A DNA stretch of 64,000 bases from Eledone cirrhosa (GCA_964016885.1 OZ024762.1:9176001-9240000); one strand, 5' to 3'. Shown: positions 1 to 14,566, numbered from the stretch's first letter. Numbers and translations are program-made. Notes: generated by a model not told the origin, from the letters alone.

Positions 1-82
1 TATAAAACCATCTCTTATGTTTATCACGTTCTCTCCTCTGTTGACCATTTCCCAATATCTGCAAATTCCTCTTTCTTCCTTC

Positions 83-134
<52 letters not shown>

Positions 135-263
135 TGTGTGTCTTTTTATTTTTATATACACACTGACATACTTACATATACATATATAGATTCATACACA
201 CATACTTATATTGTGCTCGTATCTGTGTGTGTATATATATATATAAGTATATATTTATATTTA

Positions 264-454
264 TACGAGGATCGGAATTAAGAGTATTCCGCAGTTCACA
301 GTAATAATAATAATATTAGTTCAAAGAGGAATAGAGAATTTTCTTGTGAGCTCAAATACAAATATAAATATATTACACAAAGGGAAGTGTGTTACACAGT
401 GATAATCCTTTACACACATCTAACTGTGTAACACACTTCCCTTTGTGTAATATA

Positions 455-460
<6 letters not shown>
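264..460 (-). mobile_element. Fold-back element in (TA)n, probable Penelope-like terminal fragment (no HHR visible)
   Basis: Inverted arms ATATAAATATATTACACAAAGGGAAGTGTGTTACACAG (~362-399) and its complement (~424-460), a unique tail to 264, and (TA)n flanks; same architecture as the HHR-bearing families. Confidence 0.5.
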
Positions 461-854
<394 letters not shown>

Positions 855-1193
855 GTTCTATAAAAAAAACAGTGGATATAGAGAAAAGGTGAAATTGGAA
901 ATAGCACGGAAAATATATTTTAGGGTCTGTTTTTTTTTTTTTTTTTTTTCTTTGATTCGTCAAAGTGAAATTATTGAAAAAATGAGAGGGACAATTCTTT
1001 AAAAGAGAAGTTTTAAAATGTACATAAAGTATATAAAGTATTACCGGTTTCGATGCATTATTAAAATTCATCTTCTCAAATGTTGAGTATTACAATTAAA
1101 AAGAATTAATAGGAATTAAAAACTAAAAATTAAAGATTTAAAATTAAGTGTTGGAGTAAGTTTTTTTCCATCTTCCTTGCTCAGAAGTGGCCT

Positions 1194-1709
1194 CGTAAGG
1201 ATGAAAGGCAAAGGTAACCTCAGCGGGATTTGAATTCAGAACGTAAAGGACTATAACTCTATGCTTGCAAAGCATGTTGTCTGACGCTCTACCAATACTG
1301 CCAATCCACCGCAAACGTTAAATAATTGTTTCTACTTTTGGCACAAGGCCAGCAATTACCCCAGTGCATTACTGGTACTTTATTTTATCGACCCCGTAAG
1401 GATGAAAGGCAAAGTTAACCTCGGCGGGATTTGAACCCAAAACGTAAAGGGCTATAACTCATTGCTGGAAAGCATGGCGTCCGATATTCTACCGATACTG
1501 CCAATCAACCGCACTCAATTAAATAATTGTTTCTACTTTTGGCACAAGGCCAGCAATTATCCCAGTGCATTACTGGTACTTTATTTTATCGACCCCGTAA
1601 GGATGAAAGGCAAAGTTAACCTCGGCGGGATTTGAACTCAGATCATAAAGGGAGGTAAATCTATGCTTCAAAGCATGGCGCCCGACCCTCTACCGATACT
1701 GCCAATCCA
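1194..1709 (-). mobile_element. Three head-to-tail copies of tRNA-derived SINE family S1
   Basis: Each copy has ...ACTGGTACTTTATTTTATCGACCCCGTAAGGATGAAAGGCAAAG...GGATTTGAAC...; reverse complement shows A box TGGCAGTATCGG and B box GTTCAAATC. Confidence 0.9.
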
Positions 1710-2003
1710 TAAATAATATCTGTTAGAGTGGCGATCACCGTGGTGATGGCGGGGCATGATATCTGGCTGTGGCGAGAGGGAAGATGATTTTGTAGGGAGA
1801 TGAAACTAGGGTCAGTTGTAGAAATTATTAATTAACTCGTAATTATTTCTGTCTCGATAACAGCATTAATTAATAAAAATCCCCAGTGGTTGGCCAACTT
1901 TTTAATTGGTTCTTAATTAGCAATTAGTTGATTGTTTCTTAACGAGGAAGTTGAACTTCAGATTTCAACAAACCAAAAAATAAATAAAATAAATAATAAT
2001 TAT

Positions 2004-2041
<38 letters not shown>

Positions 2042-2186
2042 TGATAACAATAATAAAAAATATAAAAGTAACGTTAAAGGAAGGCAAGAAAGGGTTAACA
2101 ATAGCGAACTACAGAAGTGGTTGATGTTCTTTTCACTAATTTAAGTCATTAGGACTACGGCCATTCTACAGCACAGCTTTTAGACC

Positions 2187-2285
2187 AGAGGGGTTCTCAA
2201 AGTGGGCGCAACCGCCCATCTGGGTCGTTGAGAAGGTCCAAGCGGCGCTGGGCCTAAAGGTGCGGTAGAAATGATATAACAGTAT
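2187..2285 (+). mobile_element. Left end of hAT/Charlie-type MITE (partial)
   Basis: TTTTAGAC followed by CAGAGGGGTTCTCAAAGTGGG, similar to the TIRs and TSDs of the complete MITEs at 15896 and 26358. Confidence 0.55.
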
Positions 2286-2340
2286 ATTAATATCAAATGA
2301 TACATATTATATATATATATAATATATATATATATATATA

Positions 2341-2520
2341 CGATATTAAATAAATGGAAACTATATTTATAAAACCATATCTATTTCATTATATATATTT
2401 CAGGGATATCATATTAACAATATGTTATGCCTTCTTCAGACAAAATACAATATAGACAGTTTTATAGATAAATAGATTTGACATACCGTTCAACATCGAC
2501 TTGTATTTGAAAAAGTTGAT
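2341..2520 (-). mobile_element. PLE-like family A fragment
   Basis: Homologous to 15016-15190, 27405-27545, 42008-42180 and 46110-46260; abuts (TA)n. Confidence 0.8.
2384..2446 (-). ncRNA. Minimal type-I hammerhead ribozyme (family A)
   Basis: Minus strand: TTTTGT-CTGAAGA-AGGCATAACATAT..ATATGATATCCCT-GAAA-TATATA-TA-ATGAAA. Confidence 0.7.
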
Positions 2521-2967
2521 TTGGCAGTATATATATATAAATATATACACCAACCAGATGCTCGAAAAACCACAAACCCTCCATCTCAATTCTACTTTTG
2601 AAAAGCACAAGAACTGCGAAACAGGGAAGGAACCAAATAAATATATTTAAAAAAAAAAAGACTCCAGTTGTATTTTCGATTTCATCTTTTTTCCTTATAC
2701 TTTCACTTGTGTAGGACACCTCGTTTTTTTTTCATTTTGTAAAAAAACCTCACTTTCTAATATATATAACTATATATACATCTATCTATCTATCTATCTA
2801 TCTATCTATATATATATATATATGCCAACACAAGAGCAAGAATGAAGGGTTCATTCTACTGACATGGCTTTAAAAATGAGGCTTGTTTGCATAATTGCAA
2901 ACGAATCGAATGTTATTATTGATATTCGAAAAACTCAGATTACATTTATTGTATATATATACACACG

Positions 2968-3017
<50 letters not shown>

Positions 3018-3620
3018 AATATGTATTTTTATGTTTATATTTACATTTATTGTGTATATATATATATATATTTTTTTTTTATATATATACACATATAAAT
3101 ATGTATATATACATTTTTTATGTTTATATTTACATTTGTTGTGTATTCATTTAAACATTATTCCCTTGTTCTGTTTATACCATAGAATAGATTTGTATCT
3201 ACAGCACACACTCTATATCTTTCTTACTCTTTTATCTTGGAGCTCACTCTTGCAAATCACCGTCAATACAGGCTGAAGGATGGGAGGCTGGTCTCGGGGA
3301 AAGATCTGTAGTCTAGTGAAACAATTGTACCAAAATGCCGCCATACGTTAGTGTAATACATATCTATATAGAAACCCTTCCCACAGTTTGAATGCTTTCC
3401 CAATTTTGGAAATTCTTTAGCAAACCACACCACACTGTACACACACACACAGATACAATCACACACACACACACACAGACACACACACAGCCACACACAC
3501 ATATTAGTACGTTCGTGTGTATGTATGCATGAGTAAGTGTAAAAGCTGCAGGCCAGTTTATGTGTGCGTATAATTAAGAAAAGGATAGATAGATAGACAG
3601 ACACTGACACATGCTTGCAT

Positions 3621-3715
<95 letters not shown>

Positions 3716-3812
3716 GACACATACACACACACAAATATATATATATATATATACATACATACATACATATATATATACCTATATATACATACACACACAT
3801 ATATTTCTATGA

Positions 3813-3888
<76 letters not shown>

Positions 3889-3905
3889 TATATACACACA
3901 GACAC

Positions 3906-3938
<33 letters not shown>

Positions 3939-4018
3939 TATACATGCATATATATATACATACAGACACACACACATATATATATATAGATATAGATATA
4001 TTTGTATATGCATACACT

Positions 4019-4084
<66 letters not shown>

Positions 4085-4252
4085 GGGAGGAGGAGGGGGT
4101 GGGTGGGTCAGAGAAAGGAGGGAGGGGGAACTAAAGAAGGAAATACATGGAATTCTTTGAATGGTCAATTTGACATTGTCCAGTTATGAACGTTTCTAAA
4201 TCGCCAAATGACCATCTTCCACACGCTGGAGTGGTTCGGACGCTACTCTTGA

Positions 4253-6090
4253 CCACCACCACACACCCATATAACCACCACCACCACCACCACCACCACC
4301 ACCACCATGCTTACATATAACCGCCACCACCACCATTAATACCACCACACTCCCATATAACCACCACCACCACCACCACCACCACCACGCTCACATATAA
4401 CCGCCACCACCACCATTAATACCACCACACTCCCATATAACCGCCACCACCACCATTAATACACCACCACCACCACACTCCCATATAACCACCACCACCA
4501 CCACCACCACCACCACCACCACGCTCACATATAACCGCCACCACCACCATTAATACCACCACACTCCCATATAACCGCCACCACCACCATTAATACACCA
4601 CCACCACCACACTCCCATATAACCACCACCACCACCACCACCACCACCACCACCACGCTCACATATAACCGCCACCACCACCATTAATACCACCACACTC
4701 CCATATAACCACCACCACCACCACCACCACCATCACCAAATCAACCATTGCTATTATAACCACCAGCATGACAGCAACCATCACTATCACCGACACCACC
4801 ACCACTGCCACTGCTATCATAATCACTAACACCACCAACGCCATCACCAACATCATCACCTGTACCATCAACAACGCTAACACCAACACCACCATCACCG
4901 CCAACACCACCATCACCACCGCCACCGCCACCTCCACTACCACCACCACCACCACCACCTCCACTCTACCGCCGCCACCAACACCAACACCACTCTACCA
5001 CCATCAACACCACTACTACCATCACTACCTCTACCACTCTACCACCGACACCACCACTACCACCTCCACCACCTCCACCACCACCTCCACTACCACCTCC
5101 ACTACCACCACCACCACCTCCACTCTACCGCCGCCACCAACACCAACACCCACTCTACCACCATCAACACCACTACCACCATCACTACCTCTACCACTCT
5201 ACCACCGACACCACCACTACCACCTCCACTACCTCCACCACCACCTCCACCACCACCTCCACTACCACCACCACCACCACCTCCACTCTACCGCCGCCAC
5301 CAACACCAACACCCACTCTACCACCATCAACACCACTATCACCATCACTACCTCTACCACTCTACCACCGACACCACCACTACCACCTCCACCACCTCCA
5401 CCACCACCTCCACCACCACCTCCACCACCACTTCCACTACCACCACCACCACCACCTCCACTCTACCGCCGCCACCAACACCAACACCCACTCTACCACC
5501 ATCAACACCACTACCACCATCACTACCTCTACCACTCTACCACCGACACCACCGCTACCACCTCCACCACCTCCACCACCACCTCCACCACCACCTCCAC
5601 TACCACCACCACCACCTCCACTCTACCGCCGCCACCAACACCAACACCCACTCTACCACCATCAACACCACTACCACCATCACTACCTCTACCACTCTAC
5701 CACCGACACCACCGCTACCACCTCCACCACCTCCACCACCACCTCCACTACCACCTCCACTACCACCACCACCACCTCCACTCTACCGCCGCCACCAACA
5801 CCAACACCCACTCTACCACCATCAACACCACTACCACCATCACTACCTCTACCACTCTACCACCGACACCATCACTACCACCACCACCTCCACCTCCACC
5901 ACCACCACCACCTCCACTCTATCGCTGCCACCAACACCAACACCCACTCTACCACCATCAACACCACTACCACCATCACTACCTATACCACTCTACCACC
6001 GACACCACCACTACCACCGACACCACCACTACCACCTCCACTACCTCCACCACCACCTCCACTCTACCACCGCCGCCGCCACCACCACTA
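4253..6090. repeat. (CAC)n-derived compound minisatellites (CCCATATAACC.. units, then ~175-190-bp higher-order units)
   Basis: Recurrent CACTCTACCGCCGCCACCAACACCAACACCCACTCTACCACCATCAACACC blocks. Confidence 0.9.
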
Positions 6091-6526
6091 ACCAAGGCCA
6101 CTTGGCTGCTGTCATCACTTAATTACGTGATGAAAGGGAAATATCCAAACTGAATGAACCACACATGCCGAAGAAATACTCTGACCCTTTCTAATCCATC
6201 GTCTCTGTACAGCCCACCATTTAGCCCTCTGTTGCTTACTCTCTTCCCCTCTCTCACTCTCTCCCTCTCTCTCCCTCTCTCTCCCTCTCTCTTTCACCCT
6301 CTCTCACTCTCTCTCACTCTCTCACTCTCACTCTCTCCCTCACTCTCTCCCTCTCTCTATCCCACTCTCTCCCACACTCTCTCCTTCTCTCTCCCTTTCT
6401 TTCTCTTTCTCCCAACCACAAACTCGCTACCCTGTATTACCCAACCATCTATCCGTCTCTCTATATATGCATCTCTCTCTCTCTCTCTCTTTCTTTCTCT
6501 TCCTATCACACACTCATTATGCTTCT

Positions 6527-6565
<39 letters not shown>

Positions 6566-7434
6566 TTCTCTCTCTCTTTCTCTCTCTCTCTTTCTCTCTC
6601 TCTCATTATTTTTGTATCACCCACACCCACTCACTCACATTCCAGTCCTCATTCTTTCTTTTATCCTGTCACACACTATCTCTCCTCCTTCTCTCTCTCT
6701 CTCTTCCCCTCTTCCCCTCTCTCTCTCTCTCTCTCTACCTATCTATCTATCTATCTCTCCTCCTTCTCTGTCACCCCCCTCTCTCTCTAACCAAAATTTC
6801 ACGGTGGAAACCCTGTTTTGTCCTGACTTCAAATGACTCATTCGTTTCCTCATTAGAAAAAAGATTCGCTTCCGGCTTCGAGCCATACATCCTGTTTGGA
6901 TTTTAGACACCTATGTCCTTTTTCTTTTCTTTTCTCCTAACTCTCCTCCATCCCTCTATCCCTCTCCCTCTACCTCTATTCTACCTCTCCCTCTACCTCT
7001 ACCTCTGCTTCTCCCCTTTCCTCTCCCTCTCGCCCTCCCTCTCTCCCGCCTTTTCTACCTCCCCCACTTTCTCCATCTACTTCTCCCTCACCCTCTACTT
7101 CTACTAGCCCCTCTACCCCTACCCATCTCCCCCCCTCTCTCTCTACCCCCCCCCTCTCCTACCTCTTCTACATTCACTCAACCCTCACCCTATCCCTTTC
7201 CTTCTCCTTCACGTGTACCTCACTTTCATTCTTCCTCTCTTCCCTTCCACCCAGCCCAACCAATCCCGCCATAATCCTTTTCTTTTCCTGTTCTTCCTTT
7301 CACGCCTTGCACGCTTCATTAGTTACGCCTGACTTTGAAAACCACGCCGCCGCGCTAATAATAAGGATTCCTTTACGGCCATTGCAAATAATCTATGACA
7401 TCATCACTATCTATATTACAGCCATGTTTGTTAT

Positions 7435-7435
<1 letters not shown>

Positions 7436-7481
<46 letters not shown>

Positions 7482-7527
7482 GCTGTTGCTGCTACTACTG
7501 CTACTACTGCTACTACTACTACTGCTG

Positions 7528-7565
<38 letters not shown>

Positions 7566-7691
7566 GCTACTACTGCTACTACTACTACTACTACTACTAC
7601 TGCTGCTGCTGTTGCTGCTACTACTGCTACTACTACTACTGCTACTGCTGCTACTACACTACTACTACATTTACTACTGCTACTACTACTG

Positions 7692-7723
<32 letters not shown>

Positions 7724-8059
7724 GCTGCTACTACTATTACTACTACTGCTATTACTACTCTTATTGTTATTATTATTATTATTATTATTGTTGTTGTTGT
7801 TGTTCTAACGTCCTTATGCAAGTGAAAGAATTCATCACCATCACCATCATCATCATCACCACCATCACCATCATCTCCATTATCATCACCACCTTCACCA
7901 CCATCACCATCATCACCATCACCACCATTACCATCATCACCACCATCACCATCATCACCATCACCACCATTACCACACACACCAACACATGCCAACTCAC
8001 CGGGTCGATAAAATAAAGTACCAGTAATGCATTGAGGTCGATTTAATCGTGGTAGCAGC

Positions 8060-8108
<49 letters not shown>

Positions 8109-8134
8109 ACATTAGTAGTTGTAGTAATAGCAGT

Positions 8135-8196
<62 letters not shown>

Positions 8197-8284
8197 GAAC
8201 AGCAGCAGTAGTAGTAGTAGTAACAGCAGTAGTAGCAGTAGTAGTAGTAGTAGTAGTAGCAGTAGTAGTAGTAACAGTAGTAGC

Positions 8285-8333
<49 letters not shown>

Positions 8334-8368
8334 ATAGAAGTAACAGTAGTAGTTGTAGTAACAGCAGC

Positions 8369-8406
<38 letters not shown>

Positions 8407-8440
8407 CAGTAGTAACAGTAGTAGTAGTAGTAGTTGTTGT
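7436..8440. repeat. (CTA/CTG)n, (CAT/CAC)n and (GTA)n trinucleotide tracts with a short S1 SINE piece at 8002-8049
   Basis: Direct reading. Confidence 0.92.
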
Positions 8441-8744
8441 AAACTATCGATTGTCTTCGCCGGTCTAATTAATTACACTTCCGCTCTGTCACAACAGAAC
8501 CCCCGTTCTTAGGACGAGATCTATTCTTGTCTCGTTCTTTCTATTAAAACTCCTTCCGTACCGTGAACAACTGTCCTTACTTTGTGTCCTTTGGGTCAAG
8601 GACAGTTAGAAACACACCTTTCTGATCCAATTAAAACCATGTTATACTTTCATTTGTTTTGTGTCTCTTGTAGGTAACATACACACACACACCTCCACCA
8701 ATACAGGGACTACACACACACACACACCTCCACCAATGCAAGGA

Positions 8745-8814
<70 letters not shown>

Positions 8815-9253
8815 CCCCAACTAACAACATACACACACACAAAACCCAAACTAACAACACACACACTCACAAATCCCAAACTAACAACACACACACACAC
8901 AAATCCCAAACTAACAACACACACACAAAACCCAGACCAACAACACACACACAAAACCCAGACCAACAACACACACACAAAACCCAGACCTACAACACAC
9001 ACACAAAACCCAGACCTACAACACACACACACAAAACCCAGACCTACAACACACACACAAAACCCAGACCAGACACACAAAACCCAAACCTACGTAGGAG
9101 GCGCTGTGGTGACATACGATGTTTCTTGCGTATTTTTGAAAATCTCCGCTCCTTGTCTGAACGGAACCGATTTCCCCCCGGAGAATGAAAGATATAGAAA
9201 GGGAGAGAGAGAGGGGGGAGGGAGGGCGGGACACGGGGGAAAATATAGAAGAA

Positions 9254-9386
9254 TAATCGACTCCAGTACTGATGAACTGATAGATTTTTTATCGACCTCG
9301 AAACGATCAACGGCAAAGCTAACCTTGGTCAAATATCGCAAAACATTCTCTCCGATATTCTAACGACTCTTCCAATTTGCCACCTT
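9254..9386 (-). mobile_element. Degenerate, internally deleted S1 SINE
   Basis: TTTTATCGACCTCG..GGCAAAGCTAACCTTGG..CCAATTTGCCACCTT. Confidence 0.6.
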
Positions 9387-9660
9387 ACATAGCCTCTTAT
9401 ACATGGAACCTTATATTTTTTTTAGCTACCGCATCATGGCGCTGAGACATTCTCATACATGGCTGTATGTATTGTTCTAGCTAATACATCTCACATAAAA
9501 AGCTACACACTTTGATGACATTTTGAGAGCTGCTGATCCCATGTAAAATGTCTTCTATATATACGTGACATAATCAACATTTCTTTTCCATGTGAAGTGT
9601 TTAATGCTGATACCAAACTACCTGAAACCGCCTCTTGTTTTACGATATAAATCTTTGTTT

Positions 9661-10268
9661 TGAAGTGTTTATATTTATCTCAAAAACTTCCAACACAATT
9701 TTATGTATGAACAATTGTAACAAAAGGCTTAAAGTGTTTATATCTATCTAAAAAATTTCCATCATAATTTTATGTATGAACAATTGTAACAAAAGGGTTA
9801 AAGTGTTTATATTTATCTAAAAACCTTCCATCATAATGTTATGCTTGAACCTTTGTAACGAAAGGGTTAAAGTGTTTATATTTATTTTAAAAAAACTCCT
9901 ATTATAATTTTATGTATGAACCTTTGTAACGAAAGGGTTAAAGTGTTTATATTTATCTAAAAACCATCCATCATAATTTTATGTATGAACAATTGTAACA
10001 AAAGGGTTAAAGTGTTTAGATTTATCTAAAAACCTTCCATCATAATTTTATTATGAACAATTGTAACAAAAGGTTAAAATGTTTATATTTATGTAAAAAC
10101 CTTTCACCATAATTTTATATATGAACAATAGGAACAGAAGGGTTAAAATGTTTATATTTATCTAAAAACCTTCCATCATAATTTTATGTATGAATTTTTG
10201 TAACAGAAGTGTTAAAGTGGTTATATTTATCTAAAAACTTTGTATCGTAATTTTATGCACAAACCTTT
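9661..10268. repeat. 69-bp minisatellite, ~9 diverged copies
   Basis: Unit AAAGTGTTTATATTTATCTAAAAACCTTCCATCATAATTTTATGTATGAACAATTGTAACAAAAGGGTT; starts at 9731, 9800, 9869... Confidence 0.93.
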
Positions 10269-10464
10269 GATTAAATATGTTCCAATGAAGCTTAATAATG
10301 AGAAAGTTAGTTATATTACTAAATCCCTCCAAATTCTTGATCATTTTCAAAATGATTTGAAAATCCTAGTCAGTGCCTTTCTTTAGAAATATGGTAACGA
10401 AAAGGTTACATCTAAGTCCAGTCATACTTTATCAGGCTGGGTTGGTATATATCTTGTTGCTCCG

Positions 10465-10673
10465 ATAATGGTTTCTGATTTAGGCACAATTTGGAGGGGA
10501 AATGAGGGGAGAGTCGATTAAATCGAATCTAATGGATTACTGGTACTTTATTTTATCGACCCCGTAAGGATGAAAGGTAAGGATAACCTCGACGAGATTC
10601 TGAACTCACAGCGTAAAGGGCCGTAACTCTATGTCGCAAAGCTTGTCGTCTGACGTTCTACCAATCCATCGCC
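10465..10673 (-). mobile_element. S1 SINE
   Basis: S1 core motif. Confidence 0.85.
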
Positions 10674-10688
10674 ATTATTGCTCCAATA

Positions 10689-10883
10689 AAAGGCGGTGGA
10701 TTGGCAGTATCGGTAGAGGGTCGGACGCCATGCTTTCCAGCATAGTTGCGTCCCTTTACGATCTGAGTTCAAATCCCGCCGAGGTTGACTTTGCCTTTCA
10801 TCCTTACGGGGGTCGATAAAATAAAGTACCAGTAATGCACTGGGGTAATTGCTGGCCTTGTGCCTAAAGTAGAAACAATTATT
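10689..10883 (+). mobile_element. Full-length S1 SINE (tRNA head, central domain resembling the Meta-type SINE domain)
   Basis: AAGGCGGTGGATTGGCAGTATCGG (A box), GAGTTCAAATC (B box), GCCTTTCATCCTTACGGGGGTCGATAAAATAAAGTACCAG, tail AGAAACAATTATT; domain name from recollection. Confidence 0.9.
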
Positions 10884-11065
10884 GCACCAATAATAATATG
10901 TATTAAACTGAACGTGTATCTTAGGTACTGAATCTGCAAGATCTTAATCCATCGTCCGTAGATATGCTGGCCCCCTTGTAGTTTTCTCTCCATATTGACA
11001 TATCACGTGGGCAGCTGACTTCTACAACAGAGCATGTTTTTTTTTTATATATTGCCCCGTATTTT

Positions 11066-11273
11066 TCTTCGCCCACTTATTCCTGAGAGGGTCGTGAGGG
11101 CGGAGTCCTCAAACACTCCCTCCAGCGGGTCCTCTCAGAATCACGCGCCTCTAACGGATCTGGCTAGATCCCCAAGCGTGACCAGCCAAGCTTATGGATG
11201 TCGTCCAACCATCTTACTCGGAGTCTACCCATGGGTCTGTTGTCAGCTGGTTTCGCTGGTAAAATCTGGACAG
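11066..11273 (-). mobile_element. RTE-clade (Expander/Rex3-like) LINE 3' fragment
   Basis: Minus translation ..RPMGRLRVRWLDDIHKLGWSRLGI*..RWRECLRTPPSRPSQE*; homologous to 61167-61380. Confidence 0.8.
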
Positions 11274-11340
11274 TAATTATTTCCTGAAATATTCTAACGA
11301 TATACGCATAGTATCAGAGCTGCGATCTCTCGATATATAT

Positions 11341-11460
11341 ATTAAAATAACAGATTAAACTTTAAGCAAAGAATCGATGCTTTCATCCTTAACGGGATCT
11401 TCTGAAACTAAGAAAATCAATCTGTGAACGCAGAAGTAAATATTTCGAAAAACGTTACAC
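11341..11460 (-). mobile_element. PLE-like family D fragment with variant HHR at 11359-11409
   Basis: Minus: GTTT-CAGAAGA-TCCCGTTAAGGAT-GAAA-GCA tcgattctt TGC-TT-AAAG; homologous to 48240-48301. Confidence 0.6.
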
Positions 11461-11685
11461 ACTATATATATATATATATACACACACTATATATAATATA
11501 TATATATTTTTTTTACACGACTGTATGTAAAATCCCCGGCATGTGTCTTTGTATTGTCCCATATATGTGTGTGTGTGTGTATGAGTATGAATGTATGTGT
11601 GTGTAGTTTTAATCAATATGTATACAGGTATATTTATCTATATATAAACATTTACATGCATACATGCACCCATAGGCCTGCCCCC

Positions 11686-11725
<40 letters not shown>

Positions 11726-11784
11726 TTATGTGTATATATATATACATATATATATATGTGTGTGTGTGTGTGTTTATGTGTGTG

Positions 11785-11819
<35 letters not shown>

Positions 11820-11844
11820 ATGTGCATTTATATATGCGTTTATG

Positions 11845-11875
<31 letters not shown>

Positions 11876-12171
11876 ATGTGCATATATATATATGTGTGTG
11901 TGTGTAAGCGTACACACAGAGAAACAGAGCGTTATAAGAACCTAATCACGATCAAAACAAACATACACACAGAGCTGCATTACATGTGTGAAATAAAATA
12001 GTTCCCACACGCAAGATTACATGACAACAAGGAACTACATCTTAACTTATTAATACACAACTTCACACGTAGTCTATCGCCTGCATTGTACATTTTCTAC
12101 ATGCATTTGTATACATGAATGTGCATGATAGTGTGTATGTATATATACATATATATGTGTGTGTGTGTGTA

Positions 12172-12282
<111 letters not shown>

Positions 12283-12404
12283 ATGTGTGTGTGTGTATGT
12301 ATGTATACATATATATACATATATATATATATATATGTATGTATGTATGTATGTATATGTATATATATTTATGTATGTATGTATATATATATATAAATAT
12401 ATAT

Positions 12405-12450
<46 letters not shown>

Positions 12451-12491
12451 GTATGTATGTATATATGTATGTATATGTATATATATTTATG

Positions 12492-12587
<96 letters not shown>

Positions 12588-12626
12588 TTTGAAGTTGCAC
12601 TTTTGTGGCAAGTGATTTGATCTGAT

Positions 12627-12662
<36 letters not shown>

Positions 12663-12670
12663 TGTTATAT

Positions 12671-12705
<35 letters not shown>

Positions 12706-12718
12706 TATATATATATGC

Positions 12719-12782
<64 letters not shown>

Positions 12783-12790
<8 letters not shown>

Positions 12791-12900
12791 AATAAAGGAT
12801 ATATATAATGTACATATACATATATATATTCAAACATATATATATATGTTTGAATATATATATGTATATGTACATTATATATATCCTTTATTATAGTTTA
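12783..12900. repeat. Spacerless perfect palindrome (~118 bp; loosely extends 12711-12980)
   Basis: TAAACTATAATAAAGGATA...TTCAAAC(AT)nGTTTGAA...TATCCTTTATTATAGTTTA. Confidence 0.9.
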
Positions 12901-12919
12901 GATATATATATATATATAT

Positions 12920-12972
<53 letters not shown>

Positions 12973-13561
12973 GCATATATGCATACTAGAACATGCATAG
13001 ACATTTAACGAAATAACAACGATTAAATGCGCATGCTTGCACAAACCAACACACACACACACACACAAACCACAACACACATAACACAACGTACACATAC
13101 ACCAACTTACACACTCTTAATACACCACACACAAGCGTTCTTGTATAAACAAAACACTCCACTTAGAAATATTGAAATGAAAGATAAAAAGAAGGGGAAG
13201 AAGGGGGAGGAGGTGGTAGTGTGGGAGGAGGAGGGTCGGAGGAGGGTGAGAGGAAGAGGAGGGTGAGATGAGGGAAAAAGAGGGGAGAGAAAAAAAGGCA
13301 CGAAATGCACCTTTGTCGGAAAGGTTGTAGCGCCCTCTATGGTCTCTAAGTAGAGTTAATAAGTGGTGATAGGAAGGTGGTGGTGGTGGATGCGGCGGCG
13401 GTGGTGGTGGTGTTGGTGGTGTGTGGTGGTGATAGGAAGGTGTTGGCGATGGTGATGATTGCGATATGAAGAAAAAGAATTATGAGGAGGAATTATGAAG
13501 AAGAAAAAGAAGAAAAAGATCCAACAACAACAACCACAAGAACAAAAAAGAAAGGAACAAG

Positions 13562-13592
<31 letters not shown>

Positions 13593-14220
13593 CGGAAAAG
13601 AAGAGTATTAGGAAAGGGTGTGGAGGTGGGTGGGGTGGGGTAGGGTGGGGTGGGGGAATGCTGTGCTGTTTGTAGGAAAGAAGAAGAAGAAGGTGTGTAG
13701 GTCTTGAATGAACGATCAAAGTAAAACTATAAGGCAGCCATCTTTGAGACTAAAGTTGGCAACAAACATCTTTTGTTTCCTTTTTCACATCTTTCGCATC
13801 TTTTGCATCTGTTCTGTTTGGGCTAATGGAAATATCCTTCCAGTTGGCAGATGGTTGACTTAGACGAACAACAAATAAACCACTTTTACACGTCGCTTTT
13901 GTTTTTGATCGGACATCTCACCCAGCCCAGCCCCCCGCACACACCACACACTACTAGTTTCCGCGCTACAACACTACCCACCCACCCTAAATTCTCCCGG
14001 CCCCTGCTCCCCCGCCGCCTATTACGCCCACCCCTCAGCTTATGCCTACTTGAGTGTCTGTTTGTGTCTGTGTGTGTTTCTGTCTGTTTGTTTGTATGTC
14101 CGTTTGTCCATCTTTCTACTTTGCTTACTTGACTCGAGGCTACAACATACCTTACCGCATCTTTGACGATTTTTCTCTCCCTTGTTTTGCTTGTCTGTCT
14201 GTCTGACTGACTATCTGTCT

Positions 14221-14254
<34 letters not shown>

Positions 14255-14510
14255 CGTGTGTTTGTGTATGTCTGTGTGTGAATATGTGAATATATGTGGG
14301 GGTCTGTGTATAGTTATGTGAGTGTGTGTGTGTCTCTGTGTGATTATTTGTGTATGTGTCTATGTGTGAAGATGTGAATATGTGTGTGTATATGTTTGTA
14401 GTTATGTGAATGTGTGTCTCTGTGTGATTATTTGTGTATGTGTATATGTGAATATGTGAATATATGTGTGCTTACGTCAGTGGTGTGTGTCTCTGTCTCA
14501 CACACACACA

Positions 14511-14564
<54 letters not shown>

Positions 14565-14566
<2 letters not shown>

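Noticed and set aside
4768-6153. 461-aa Thr/Pro/His mucin- or extensin-like ORF
   Set aside because: (CAC)n-derived repeat; the same units appear in all three frames within the ORF
10689-10785. tRNA gene
   Set aside because: A and B boxes belong to a multi-copy SINE head; no cloverleaf
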